DNA from: Octopus bimaculoides
Lineage: Eukaryota
NCBI RefSeq assembly: GCF_001194135.2
Contig: NC_068997.1
Location: forward strand, 13,425,598 to 13,477,436
Direction: 5' to 3'
DNA: 51,839 nucleotides
Part shown: positions 25,890 to 37,793 of the stretch, piece by piece
How the letters are laid out: each line of letters starts with the position of its first letter
Position numbering within the stretch: the first letter of the stretch is position 1
Notes under the pieces: model-generated
Told to the model about the DNA's origin: nothing
Databases searched by the model: none
What the model saw: only the letters and a program-made list of their open reading frames with translations
Made by a program: the position numbers and the translations under genes

Positions 25890-26478
25890 ACATTTTCAAC
25901 CGCACAGACGCATATATATATACACACACAATAGGAACATTTTTCAACAATAATTATCAAAATTGAAATCATAAATTAAATTAATGAACGTAGAGTTACA
26001 TGCATACACATCTATATATAGAACCGTATAGACATATATACATATACACAGATACTCACACACACACACAAATATATACACACGCATAATATGTCAAAAG
26101 AAAATTACTGAAAGAAGTTAAGGTAAATTATTTGACGTCATCATTAAAAAGAGATCTTAATTAAATGAGTATTATTAATTTTTTTCGTATTTTTTTTTAA
26201 TTGTTAGTTTACTCATTGATGTTTTTATTATAGTTATATTAATATTATATTCGGCAATTTTTCTGAGTATAATTCTTGTTGCTTTTTCGCGCTAGTTTTC
26301 TCTTCATTTTTTTTCATTTTACTTTGCCTTACGTCTTTCTTCATATTTTCCTTATAGATACCCGAACACAAACACACGATTACGCATACCCAATAACATA
26401 GTCATATACATACACAAAGCACACATACACATATTTTCATATATAGAGAAATATATACACCAACCCAATGTACGTACA

Positions 26479-26513
<35 letters not shown>

Positions 26514-26796
26514 NNNNNNNNNNNNNNNNNNNNNNNNNNNNNNNNNNNNNNNNNNNNNNNNNNNNNNNNNNNNNNNNNNNNNNNNNNNNNNNNNNNNNNN
26601 NNNNNNNNNNNNNNNNNNNNNNNNNNNNNNNNNNNNNNNNNNNNNNNNNNNNNNNNNNNNNNNNNNNNNNNNNNNNNNNNNTATATATATATATATATGT
26701 ATAAGTAAATATACATACATAAAGACGCACGCACACAAATATATATTGATACTCATTGTGAATTTCTTCTTTAAATATACTAATCAAGTAATTTAT

Positions 26797-26925
26797 TCTT
26801 TCATTTAGTGCGCGTACACTCCACCCGATTAGAAATTGGAGAATGCGTAAAGCAGTAAAATAATTAATCTCGTAGAAATATCTGGGTAGCACCCTTTTGC
26901 GTGTCTCTGCGACTAATATATATAT
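26797..26925. repeat. Left arm of a perfect 129-bp inverted repeat
   Basis: Reverse complement matches 28305-28433 at 129/129 positions (checked base by base). Confidence 0.97.
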
Positions 26926-27260
26926 TATGAGATACTAGAAATTGGCAGGTACTCCAGAAGTCATATTACGAAGTGCAGTTTGTGAGTAAGTTTTGAGAAT
27001 AAAGCATGTGAAATGTACAGGGTGTATGAACCGAGCGCATTTGGGCATAAATGGAATATACTCTGTCTCACCGAGTAAGAGGAAATATTTCTAAAGAGCT
27101 CTGCTATGAGATGTGTTCAGATAATAAACCGTTAATAGCTAACTACAACACCTACGATAATTGATACATGTGAACGTTAAAGAGAATATTTTCATTTGTC
27201 TAATTCATTGAGGGTACAATACAGGTCATTAGAAATTATTTGTAACTATGACAACAATGG

Positions 27261-27517
27261 TGGAGGCACGTGGCTTAGTGGTTAGGGTGTCAGCAGCATG
27301 ATCATAGGATTGTGGCTTCGGTTTCTGGACCGGGCGACGCGTTGGGTTCTTGAGCAAAACACTTCATTTCACGTTGCTCCAGTCCACTCAGCTGCCAAAA
27401 AGGAGTAACGCTGCGATGGAATGGCATCCCTTCCAGCTGGGGAACACATACATAATATAAACTGGGAAACTGGGCCCGTGAGCCTGGCTAGGCTTTAAAA
27501 GGGTGCATTTATTTATT
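27261..27517 (+). mobile_element. SINE family D, full length, 12-bp TSD
   Basis: TGGAGGCACGTGGCTTAGTGGTTAGG (A box), degenerate B box, CTTGAGCAAAACACTT CORE-like block, GCGATGGAATGGCATCCCTTCCAG block, (ATTT)n tail; ATGACAACAATG duplicated at 27248-27259 and 27519-27530. Confidence 0.92.
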
Positions 27518-27610
27518 CATGACAACAATGTCATTAGAAAAAATACAGAAATGTAGGGTGTTATATACCCATGTAAAGAAAAAAATGAGACCAGATTTTG
27601 TTTTACACAC

Positions 27611-27697
<87 letters not shown>

Positions 27698-27894
27698 TGA
27701 GAAGTTCATTCAGAAAATGCCTGTGCTTTATATCAAAGAAAAATTATTATCACCATAATATTAAAATTCATTTATATTAATATTAGCATTTATATTCATG
27801 AAATGAATTCTTCATGGTGTGTGTAAACGACCGTAATTAAATGATTAAACACAACACCATAAATATCTCTCTTTATTTGATCTAATATATAGCT

Positions 27895-28246
27895 TGGAGG
27901 GGCAATGACCCAGTGCTTTGGGTGGCGGGCTCGCGGTCGTAGGATCGCGGTTTCGATTCCCAGACAGAGCGTTGTAAGTGTTTATTGAGCGAAAACACCT
28001 AACGCTCCACGAGGCACCGGCACGGGGTAATAGCGAACCCTGCTGTACTCTTTCACCACAAATTTCTTCCAGTTTCTGCTGGGTCAGCCTTGACACACTC
28101 TACGTCACACTGAATCTCCCCGAGAACTACGTTACGGGTACACGTGTCTGTGGAGTGCTCAGCCACTTGCACGTTAATTTCAAACGTAGGCTGTTCCGTT
28201 GATCGAATCAACTGGAAACTTCATCGTCATAACCGACGGAGTGCCA
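27895..28246 (+). mobile_element. SINE family C, near full length, followed by (CA)n
   Basis: Homologous to 13371-13738: TGGAGGGGCAATGACCCAGTG...GGTTTCGATTCC...GTGGAGTGCTCAGCCACTTGCACGTTAATTTC...AACCGACGGAGTGCC; has an internal deletion relative to the other copy. Confidence 0.92.
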
Positions 28247-28304
<58 letters not shown>

Positions 28305-28314
<10 letters not shown>

Positions 28315-28433
28315 TAGTCGCAGAGACACGCAAAAGGGTGCTACCCAGATATTTCTACGAGATTAATTATTTTACTGCTTTACGCATTCTCCAATTTCTA
28401 ATCGGGTGGAGTGTACGCGCACTAAATGAAAGA
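28305..28433. repeat. Right arm of the perfect 129-bp inverted repeat
   Basis: See 26797-26925; starts inside the (CA)n(TA)n tract after the SINE C copy. Confidence 0.97.
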
Positions 28434-29150
28434 TCAAATAAAGAGAATGTATGTATACATGCATCTATATAAATGTGCCTATATGTGCGTGGTGTGTGTG
28501 AGTGAGAGTGTTTGTGTGTATTTGTGCGCGTGCGTTAGTGATAGATTTGCTAATTTATGATTTATGCGACAACCAACTCGTAGTACAGAAAATACGTAAC
28601 GTTTTACTACATTACATATTGAAGTGACTGAATCTTCAAGTTTCGTACGTAGTCAACCATGCACGTACGCATACACATGTTCACGCACGCCATTTATGTG
28701 CATATATCTGTATGTGTACATGTGTATGTCTTGTACGTGAACGCAGTGTATAAGAATAAAAGAAAAGCATTTAAAATGCACTTGACAATTTAGAACAATG
28801 TCTTTCAAGTAACGATTGCTTTTTGATGTGTTTCAGCTTCATATTTGAAGCTTTTGTGAATGAAATCTAATGCTTGAGACTTTGATGGTTTAAATGCATG
28901 CTAATTAAGAATAAATTAATTAAAGCATGTGTTTAATAGGCAAAGGTTGAAAATGGGTGGGTAATTTTATTCGGCTGGGAAGGAACAGTTAAATTGTTAC
29001 AATTTCTTTCATATATTTAATACGAAATGTTGTGTGTATGATCATTAAAACAACATCAACATAGGAACAATTACGAACGAATATTTCAATAATAATAGTA
29101 ACAACACGAAGAATGCTGTTACTTATGATACTATTATTATGATAACAATG

Positions 29151-29154
<4 letters not shown>

Positions 29155-29218
<64 letters not shown>
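29155..29218. repeat. (TAA)n microsatellite
   Basis: Direct reading; abuts the RLE relic. Confidence 0.97.
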
Positions 29219-29219
<1 letters not shown>

Positions 29220-29439
29220 TTCACAGACACGACAGAGATGGGACCTATATACACTGGAAGCTATGCCAACACTATGGAATAACAACAGAAAAAAGATGGT
29301 ATAAACACACGCTAGAAAAGATCACAGAAAACGAGAAAGCAACCATACTCTGGGATATGCCAATACACACATATAGAGAAATTAAAGCCAATAGACCAGA
29401 TATAGTTGTCAAAGATCATGAAGAAAAAAAAATGCTTTC
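29219..29439 (+). mobile_element. Well-preserved 5'-truncated R4/Dong-clade RLE fragment, cut by an assembly gap
   Basis: Stop-free frame IHRHDRDGTYIHWKLCQHYGITTEKRWYKHTLEKITENEKATILWDMPIHTYREIKANRPDIVVKDHEEKK; RHD, W..H and NRPDIV motifs align with 20881-21441. Confidence 0.93.
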
Positions 29440-30073
29440 NNNNNNNNNNNNNNNNNNNNNNNNNNNNNNNNNNNNNNNNNNNNNNNNNNNNNNNNNNNNN
29501 NNNNNNNNNNNNNNNNNNNNNNNNNNNNNNNNNNNNNNNNNNNNNNNNNNNNNNNNNNNNNNNNNNNNNNNNNNNNNNNNNNNNNNNNNNNNNNNNNNNN
29601 NNNNNNNNNNNNNNNNNNNNNNNNNNNNNNNNNNNNNNNNNNNNNNNNNNNNNNNNNNNNNNNNNNNNNNNNNNNNNNNNNNNNNNNNNNNNNNNNNNNN
29701 NNNNNNNNNNNNNNNNNNNNNNNNNNNNNNNNNNNNNNNNNNNNNNNNNNNNNNNNNNNNNNNNNNNNNNNNNNNNNNNNNNNNNNNNNNNNNNNNNNNN
29801 NNNNNNNNNNNNNNNNNNNNNNNNNNNNNNNNNNNNNNNNNNNNNNNNNNNNNNNNNNNNNNNNNNNNNNNNNNNNNNNNNNNNNNNNNNNNNNNNNNNN
29901 NNNNNNNNNNNNNNNNNNNNNNNNNNNNNNNNNNNNNNNNNNNNNNNNNNNNNNNNNNNNNNNNNNNNNNNNNNNNNNNNNNNNNNNNNNNNNNNNNNNN
30001 NNNNNNNNNNNNNNNNNNNNNNNNNNNNNNNNNNNNNNNNNNNNNNNNNNNNNNNNNNNNNNNNNNNNNNNNN

Positions 30074-30303
30074 GGTAGACGGAAACTGAAAGGAGTCCGT
30101 CGTATATATGTATATATATATGTGTGTGTGTTTGCATGTCTGTGTTTGTCCCCCCCCCCATCCGGTTTAGCAAAAGAGACCGACAGAATAAGTAATAGGC
30201 TTCCAAAGAATAAGCTCGGGGGTCGATTTGCTCGACTAAAGGTGGTGCTCCAGCATGGCCGCAGTCAAATGAGCGAAACAAGTAAAAGAGAGTAAAAGGG
30301 AGT
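30074..30303 (+). mobile_element. SINE family B, 3' two-thirds (5' part in gap)
   Basis: GGTAGACGGAAACTGAAAGG...GGTCGATTTGCTCGACTAAAGGTGGTGCTCCAGCATGGCCGCAGTCAAATGAG...; aligns to 17219-17516. Confidence 0.9.
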
Positions 30304-31868
30304 ATTCCATTCACTCTATGAAACCATATTTTTACTTCAGAGTTATTGAAAAGCAAAGAGTTACCAGACGATTTGTAGACTGAAAATGTCAAATAACGTC
30401 ATTTGTTGATGTGTCATCGGTGCAAAACGACATCGCAGTACAAAATGTCTTCTGTTGGCTCAAAAACGCCACCAAAATAGAGCCTGCTAAACAGCATTTT
30501 TCTTCACACAACACATAACTGCTCGACCATAGTGACTGACAACCGTCACTGACAGCGAAATCATCTCTATTAGCTTCTCACAGCCACAACTATTGCAAGC
30601 TCACAAATGAAATTACACGCAAACCACCAATAGAAGCAATATCCAACATGAAAAAAATAAACAAAAATAACCATCAACAAAATATTTAAATACACAAAAC
30701 AACAACAACAAAAAAACTCCGATATTCCTAATTATTTCTCAAGCTTTTCTATTCAGTATTACTTGTGGCATGAAATATAGTGACGTCTCAGTAGTATAGA
30801 AATTGTGTATGAGATAGATTGATAGATTGATAGATACATAGATAGAGATAGAGAGAAAGAGATACAGAGAGCGGGAGAGAGAAAAAGAGTGAGAGGAGAG
30901 AAAGGTGAGAAGACAAGACTGAGAAAGAACAGAGCTATTTTTTTTTAAACAGCGAAGCAAGTGAAATTAAAAAGAGTCGAAACGAAAATTAAGGGGTAGA
31001 ATTAAGAAAACATTAAAAAAAAATTTTAAAAGCAAATTTGCCCGGAAACTGCTCAATTGCACATTTTAATTTAATTCTTTAAAATCAAGTCATTAGTGAT
31101 GCTAATTTTTTTTTAATCATTATAGATTTTTTCTTCCTCTATTTAACATCCTTGAAATGGTTAGTCTAATATTGCTTTTTTGTGTGTGTGTGTTTTTTTA
31201 TTTTGTTTCAGATGGTTTCTTTACTTGCTGGTGATGCTGCTGTTAATTTTGATGCATTTCTTTTTTTTTAAATATTTTGCTTTGTGTTGTTTGTCTGTTT
31301 TGTTACTGTTGCTGCTGCAATTTTTTCTTTATATTTTTATTGTTGCTCAATTTGCTGTTCTTGGAATAATGTTGTTGTGGTCGTTGTTAATGTTGATAAT
31401 TCTATTACCGATTCCATATATAGGCACAAGGACGCAGGTATGGTTGGATTACACAGAAAATGAGAGAGAGAGAGAGAGAGAGGGGGAGAGAAAGAGAGAG
31501 AGAGAGAGAGANNNNNNNNNNNNNNNNNNNNNNNNNNNNNNNNNNNNNNNNNNNNNNNNNNNNNNNNNNNNNNNNNNNNNNNNNNNNNNNNNNNNNNNNN
31601 NNNNNNNNNNNNNNNNNNNNNNNNNNNNNNNNNNNNNNNNNNNNNNNNNNNNNNNNNNNNNNNNNNNNNNNNNNNNNNNNNNNNNNNNNNNNNNNNNNNN
31701 NNNNNNNNNNNNNNNNNNNNNNNNNNNNNNNNNNNNNNNNNNNNNNNNNNNNNNNNNNNNNNNNNNNNNNNNNNNNNNNNNNNNNNNNNNNNNNNNNNNN
31801 NNNNNNNNNNNNNNNNNNNNNNNNNNNNNNNNNNNNNNNNNNNNNNNNNNNNNNNNNNNNNNNNNNNN

Positions 31869-31913
<45 letters not shown>

Positions 31914-32788
31914 CATACAAACACGCACACACATATATATACACACTTTTTATCGATGTATGTTGGAGAAGGATTAAACATCTACAAAACAAAAATTGAA
32001 ATCTGTGTCCATTCGACAGAAATAATTCGTCATATTTGTCCCTGACAATTTACGTATACTATTTTGACACTCTTTCCGTCATAAATACAGAGAATCATTG
32101 ATAAATGTGTAAGAAAACTGCAATAAACGACGCTTGTCTTCACCGATTGCGATATGAGTAAAATAATAAACACAGTTTGCAAATTTGTAAAAGAAAGAAT
32201 AAAGAAAGAAGACAATGACATCAATCGGAGGAATATGGGATTAAATTCCAGGCGTTGATGGCTTATCCTTTATAATAATTGTAAGGTAATTTAAATGAAA
32301 GCTGTAAATGCTAACAACAACTCGATTATCGCCGACGCTAGCAAGAAGTTAATTTTTAAAGTCGATGGTCACGTTACTATATTGCTATTTCTGAACACCA
32401 GGTCAACGCCATTTGTGTATACATCTGATACAAGGTGTTTCAGCCTCACTACTTCTAAATTTTTCCTAGGCATAGAATACCTCAGACTACATCATATAAT
32501 GTATCCTTACTTTTTCTAAAGGTGGCAGAATGGAGTTTGAGTAAGTTTTGTAAGGTATTCCTTAGAGTTGAAATTCGTTTTGTTTGTAATTTTGTATCAC
32601 AGGTCAATACTGAACCTGAGAATCTCTAATCAAATACATTATAATTGCAAATATTATGTCACTATTTGAGAGTAAAGCATATATAAGATTGACATATCCC
32701 TTGTTTTTCCCTTGTTTTTCCACTTTTACGTTCAAAGGATTTTGGACAGATACTTATCTCCTATTAAAAAGGTATTCCTAGTATATAA

Positions 32789-32990
32789 TTCTTTCTAATT
32801 TTTGGTACAAGGCCAGTAATTTTGATGGGATGAGAAAGACAATTGCATCGACCCCAGTGCTCAAATGGTACTTATTTTATCGACTACAAAAGTCTGTAAT
32901 GGCGGCGTGTGAACTCAGGACGCAAAGCCCGAAGAAAAAACTATAAAGTACTTTGTCTGGCGTGTTTAGAATTCTGCCAGCTTGCTACCT
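32789..32990 (-). mobile_element. SINE family A, diverged, internal deletion
   Basis: TTTGGTACAAGGCCAGTAATTTT tail, CATCGACCCCAGTGCTCAAATGGTACTTATTTTATCGAC, GAACTCAGGACG, ATTCTGCCAGCTTGCTACCTT head. Confidence 0.82.
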
Positions 32991-34159
32991 TATTTTTAGT
33001 AAAAATTAGTATAATAATATTTCGTAGTATCCTTCGGAATAAGCTATCCGGCGTATTCTTTCTTTCGTAAGACGAAATGTGATTTCAGTGATATTTATAA
33101 TAGCTTCAACGAACTGACAGAGACTTAATCGATACATGTTGCTTGTGTTGTTGTTGCTGTTGAACTGGATGTTAGTTTTGTTGTTGCTGCTGCTTCTAAT
33201 CTTCTTAGAGGTAATATCAGCCATCACGTCAGTGACAGAGCGGCCATTGCCCATTGCGAACCCATTTCGGATCTCCTCTCGGACCTGAAGAAAACGATTA
33301 TGAAATATTAGGATATTCTGTATGACCTACATTTAAGAACAAAAGCCATGTTCTGTAAAATATAGTGAAATCAATAATAATTTATTATAGAAGATTATTC
33401 CTGAGCATAGGTCTAAGGGACGTACGTATATAACCCAATTTCAATTTCCGGTTGAAGCAATTTTAGATTTTAACTTCAACTTATTTATAAACGTAACACT
33501 AATCGTAACCCATTTGTTTGCTAAACATATTCAGCTTTCTTTGAATATAATTTATCTACCATGTGCTATCGTAAACTTTTATCTGCAATCGCAGGTGTTT
33601 CATTTCTTGTCTCTATCATGTAATTCAATTTTTACTCATTTCAATTCGTTTACTTTGCCGATTCGGATACTTAAACGGATTTCTGGGAATGCCACCTAAG
33701 ATAAGTATATTGTCGTATTCTCCGGGGTAGATGCCAATATTTTATTTGATTGATGCTATTTAACCGAACCAAAGCTAAGCACCGATCATTATGAGCTCTT
33801 CAAGTCTTTGCAGACATTTCTTAATCTTATTTGAGTGTTTATACTACGTGATTAAATTACTGAAATGAGTTAGTATTAATACTGTTGAGATAATTTTGCA
33901 AATTGTTAACCTCATAATTTTCTTTCGAATATAAAACTCTACATTGAAAACCGTGTCAATGAAGTCATTAAAATGAAAGAGGTCGTACAATAAGGGTCGT
34001 GATCTAATCTGTAAGGCATTTTAAAGCCTACATTAGAGGAGGAACAGGAGTAATTAGGAGCCTAGCCCAAATAATTGCAACAGATTAGGGTACCGTAAAA
34101 TTATTTAAGGTGAGGTGGGGAAATCTTGTACCGAGCGGCAGACTAAGCCTAATACCTGT

Positions 34160-34450
34160 CTCTATCTTTTAGTTGCTTCCGTCATTAGACTGCGGCCATG
34201 CTGGGGAACGGCTTTGAAGGGGTTGATCGATAAAAAACAACCAATTTTTTAAAGCCTGGTACGCATCCTGTCTTCGCTTTTGCCGAATCGCTAGTTACGG
34301 CAACGTAAACACACTAACAAGCGTTTTGGCAAAACACATATACACACACACGCACACATATACTGAGACATATCGTCCCAGAAATATACTAACACAGTGG
34401 GACTGAACCTGGAACCATGTGGTTGGGAAACAAACTTCTAACTACACGCC
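34160..34450 (-). mobile_element. SINE family B, diverged, internal deletion
   Basis: GTCATTAGACTGCGGCCATGCTGGGG (3' end) ... CAGTGGGACTGAACCTGGAACCATGTGGTTGGGAAACAAACTTCT (head). Confidence 0.83.
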
Positions 34451-34603
34451 TTATTTGAGTACTATTGCTACAAATGCGTTTAAATGTAACGAAAATCGCA
34501 TACTAATCATTCTTTTCGTTTTTTACCTGATGTCAGCCCATTTGGACAGACCTCTGTTCAAATGCATCGTTTAAATGAAACCCTCATTTTTTTCTTTTTA
34601 CAG

Positions 34604-34667
34604 AAATATCTGCGATATTATAATGTCAGCGATAGATACTTTTGGCGTAAAAATTTGTCACGCTGAG
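34604..34667 (+). CDS. Best candidate exon (64 nt, phase 2 to 0) of an unidentified host gene
   Basis: Strong acceptor CCCTCATTTTTTTCTTTTTACAG and donor GAG|GTGAGA; one open frame xNICDIIMSAIDTFGVKICHAE; the other two frames contain stops. Confidence 0.5.
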
Positions 34668-34810
34668 GTGAGAGGATGGTAAAATTATGTATTCAAATAA
34701 ACGCGACTAGCACGTGCACACAAGTACACACTCATACACATGCGGAAGCAATTGGCGCCTACGTACATACACATACACATATATGCTGACGACAATTAGC
34801 TTGGTATGTG

Positions 34811-35044
34811 TTATTTCTTTACTACCCACAAGGGGCTACACACAGAAGGGACAAACAAGGACAGACAAACGGATTAAGTCGATTATATCGACGCCAGTGC
34901 GTAACTGGTACTTATTTAATCGACCCCGAAAGGATGAAAGGCAAAGTAGACCTTGGCGGAATTTGAACTCAGAACGTAGCGGCAGACGAAATACCGCTAA
35001 GCATTTCGCCCGGCGTGCTAACGTTTCTGCCAACTTGCCGCCTT
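34811..35044 (-). mobile_element. SINE family A, full length, young-looking, distinct 3' tail
   Basis: Minus strand AAGGCGGCAAGTTGGCAGAAACGTTAGCACGCCGGGCGAAATGCTTAGCGGTATTTCG...GAGTTCAAATTCCGCC...GCCTTTCATCCTTTCGGGGTCGATTAAATAAGTACCAG...; tail ATCCGTTTGTCTGTCCTTG...GTGGGTAGTAAAGAAATA. Confidence 0.93.
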
Positions 35045-36199
35045 AGCCATCAGATATATTGTATAAGAAATTCCTTGCTCCAAACTGTCACGCTGACATC
35101 GGTTGGAAATTAATTTAAGAGTAGAAGTAATCGTGCTCAGAATGTAATTCTAGCTTCTATTCACAAAAATTCAATGTACAGATGGTACAATTGATCATAC
35201 CGCTGAAATATTCGTAGTAGAAAGAGGCTGAGGTCCATTTATTCAGAACTTGGAAAATTACTGAGAGAGGAATATAAGAAAAAAAGGTTAAGAGACATGG
35301 AAATGATATAAAAAGACTACATTAATATATACCATTTCTTTGTATGGCATCTAATATTTCAAATAATTTCGGTTGCTCTTTCTAGCAGGTTGAATGGCTT
35401 ATTAGGGGTTCTTTGCTTATTTATAGAAAGCTAGTTTATCACACCACACAACACAGTGGCTTACAAATAAATATGAAGTTAATATAACACCCAAGGGTTA
35501 TTAACAGCTTTAATGAAACATGATTCAATTTAAGAAAACTACAACCTTGTTTTAGAATTCACGAAGCTTAAATGTTGCTCTCTAAAACACTCTTCATCAT
35601 TAAACTTTAAACGCTGACCTCCTGTTCCACCCCATCTCGTATGATCGATAACAATAGAAAAGAACCCACTACTGTTAAGTTCACCTCTTGATTATTTGCA
35701 CTCAGAAACGCGCCCTTTTGAACTGAATACTGGTAATGTATCAGAGGATGGCAAGTTTCGCTTGGTAAACTACACAAAGATTTTTCAACGCCTCTTCTCT
35801 TCATTACGGTATTAATTATTTGTTTATAAAAAAATAAAAATAAAAATAAAGGAACAAAATGAAATTAAAAAGTGAAAAAGAGGGAAAAAAATTAACGAAG
35901 TTTCCGATGAACAAATCAAACAAGTAAATTAATTAATACATTAATAAAGAAATAAATAAATGAATAAAAAGGAAAACAAAAATAAATTCACTATACACAG
36001 AAGAATTATAAATAAGAATGAAAAAAAATTATTAATTCGCCGTGTTATATGTTATGTTATGTCATGTCACGGCAGATGTAAGTTGTTGTAGCAGTCTCTC
36101 TTTCCCAAACGAAAAATAATTGATTCGTTTTACTAATTAAATGGTGTTATCCGAAAATAAATTTTTCAAAAAAATAATAAGGACAAACAAAATTCATCA

Positions 36200-36269
36200 A
36201 AATCACCACCGTCATCGCTGTTGTCATCATCATCGTCATCATCATTATCATCGTTGTCGTCGTTGTCAA

Positions 36270-36313
<44 letters not shown>

Positions 36314-36380
36314 CCATCATCATCGCTGTCGTCATCGTCAGCATCCTTACCAACATTCCTCTCCACCCTCCTCCTCCTTC

Positions 36381-36430
<50 letters not shown>

Positions 36431-36747
36431 GATCACCATCATCATCAACATCATCACCATCACCATCACCATCACCAGCAGCAGCAGCAGCAGCGGTGGT
36501 AGCGGCACTATCATCTTCATTAATATCGTCCACCGACGCCCACCCTTTCTCGCGCCGCTGTCGTCATTACTCTCATTCTCTAATTTCCAATTAATTTTAA
36601 TGCATATATGTATACATATATGTATATTTTTTTTATTCAATCCAATTAATTTTAATGATTTTTATCTCAATCAATTTTCTCTATGAATTATTATTATCAT
36701 TTTTGTCGTCATCGTCGTCTTCGTTTTTGTTATTATTATTATCATCA

Positions 36748-36797
<50 letters not shown>

Positions 36798-36826
36798 GTT
36801 ATTATTATTATTAACATTATCCTAAA

Positions 36827-36881
<55 letters not shown>

Positions 36882-37260
36882 TGTAAAAATAGTGGTGATG
36901 ATGATGATACAAGAGATCATGAAGGATGTGTATGTAGGGATGGTAATGAGTGATGGTGTTTTTCAAGGTGGTTGTCATGGTAATGTTGATGGCAGTAATA
37001 TTGGAAGAAGCTGATGTAGTGGTGATGGCACTGGTGTCGATGGTGGTGGTAATTGTGATGGTGATGGCGGTGGCGGTTGTTGTGGTAATGATGGTGTTTT
37101 TGGTTGGCGGTTGGTGATGTATACGGTGGTACTGAAAGTGTTTCTAACTTTTGCCTTGGTGATGGAGAAACATAGTAGAAAATGTTGGTGAAGTTGATAG
37201 TGGATGACACGGTAAAGGATCAGGTACTGTTCGTTGTGGTGGCGATGGTGGTGATGGTCA
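36200..37260. repeat. Compound trinucleotide domain (CAT/CAC)n, (TTA)n, (TAG)n, degenerate (GAT/GGT)n
   Basis: Direct reading. Confidence 0.9.
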
Positions 37261-37728
37261 TAGCGGGAGTGTCCATTGGCTTAGTGGCTCCAATATTCTT
37301 GTAGGGGTCCTTGTGATCCTGGTACTGCTTCTGAGTGACATAAGGGCAATGGTCCCTAAAATTAATCGTATCCCTTTATCGAGATTAGAAAAAGCACAAA
37401 CTATACTAAGGTCTAATGCTTAAGAACAATGTGGCTGATGTTGTCGCTGTTGTTGCTTTTGTTCTTTGTTTTGGCTTAGTTGAAACCAGATTCAACAGAT
37501 TTATAAATTGTATTTAAACTGTGTGTTGGGATTAAGGAGATTTAGCTGCTATTTCTAGCAAATGATATGAATGCATGAAAGAGGACTGTTAACTGGTGTT
37601 AAAAAAGATAAACGCCAGATGGTATTTCCTTGGTTTAATCCCAGATTATTTTTACTTCGTTCATTAGAGACTCCAGCGGAAAACTCAGACTTTGTAGAGA
37701 TTAATAGAAAACATTCCATTCCGCCAAA

Positions 37729-37729
<1 letters not shown>

Positions 37730-37792
<63 letters not shown>
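37730..37792. repeat. (TAG)n microsatellite
   Basis: Direct reading. Confidence 0.97.

Positions 37793-37793
<1 letters not shown>

Noticed and set aside
33215-33284. GFAMGNG..TDV..DI resembling P-type ATPase or Cof-HAD hinge motifs
   Set aside because: The preceding GDGxND motif is absent and the spacing is wrong.
34640-34667. CHAE resembling the zinc-deaminase HAE motif
   Set aside because: No downstream PCxxC exon found, and the upstream context does not match ADAR, ADAT or dCMP deaminase; four residues are insufficient.
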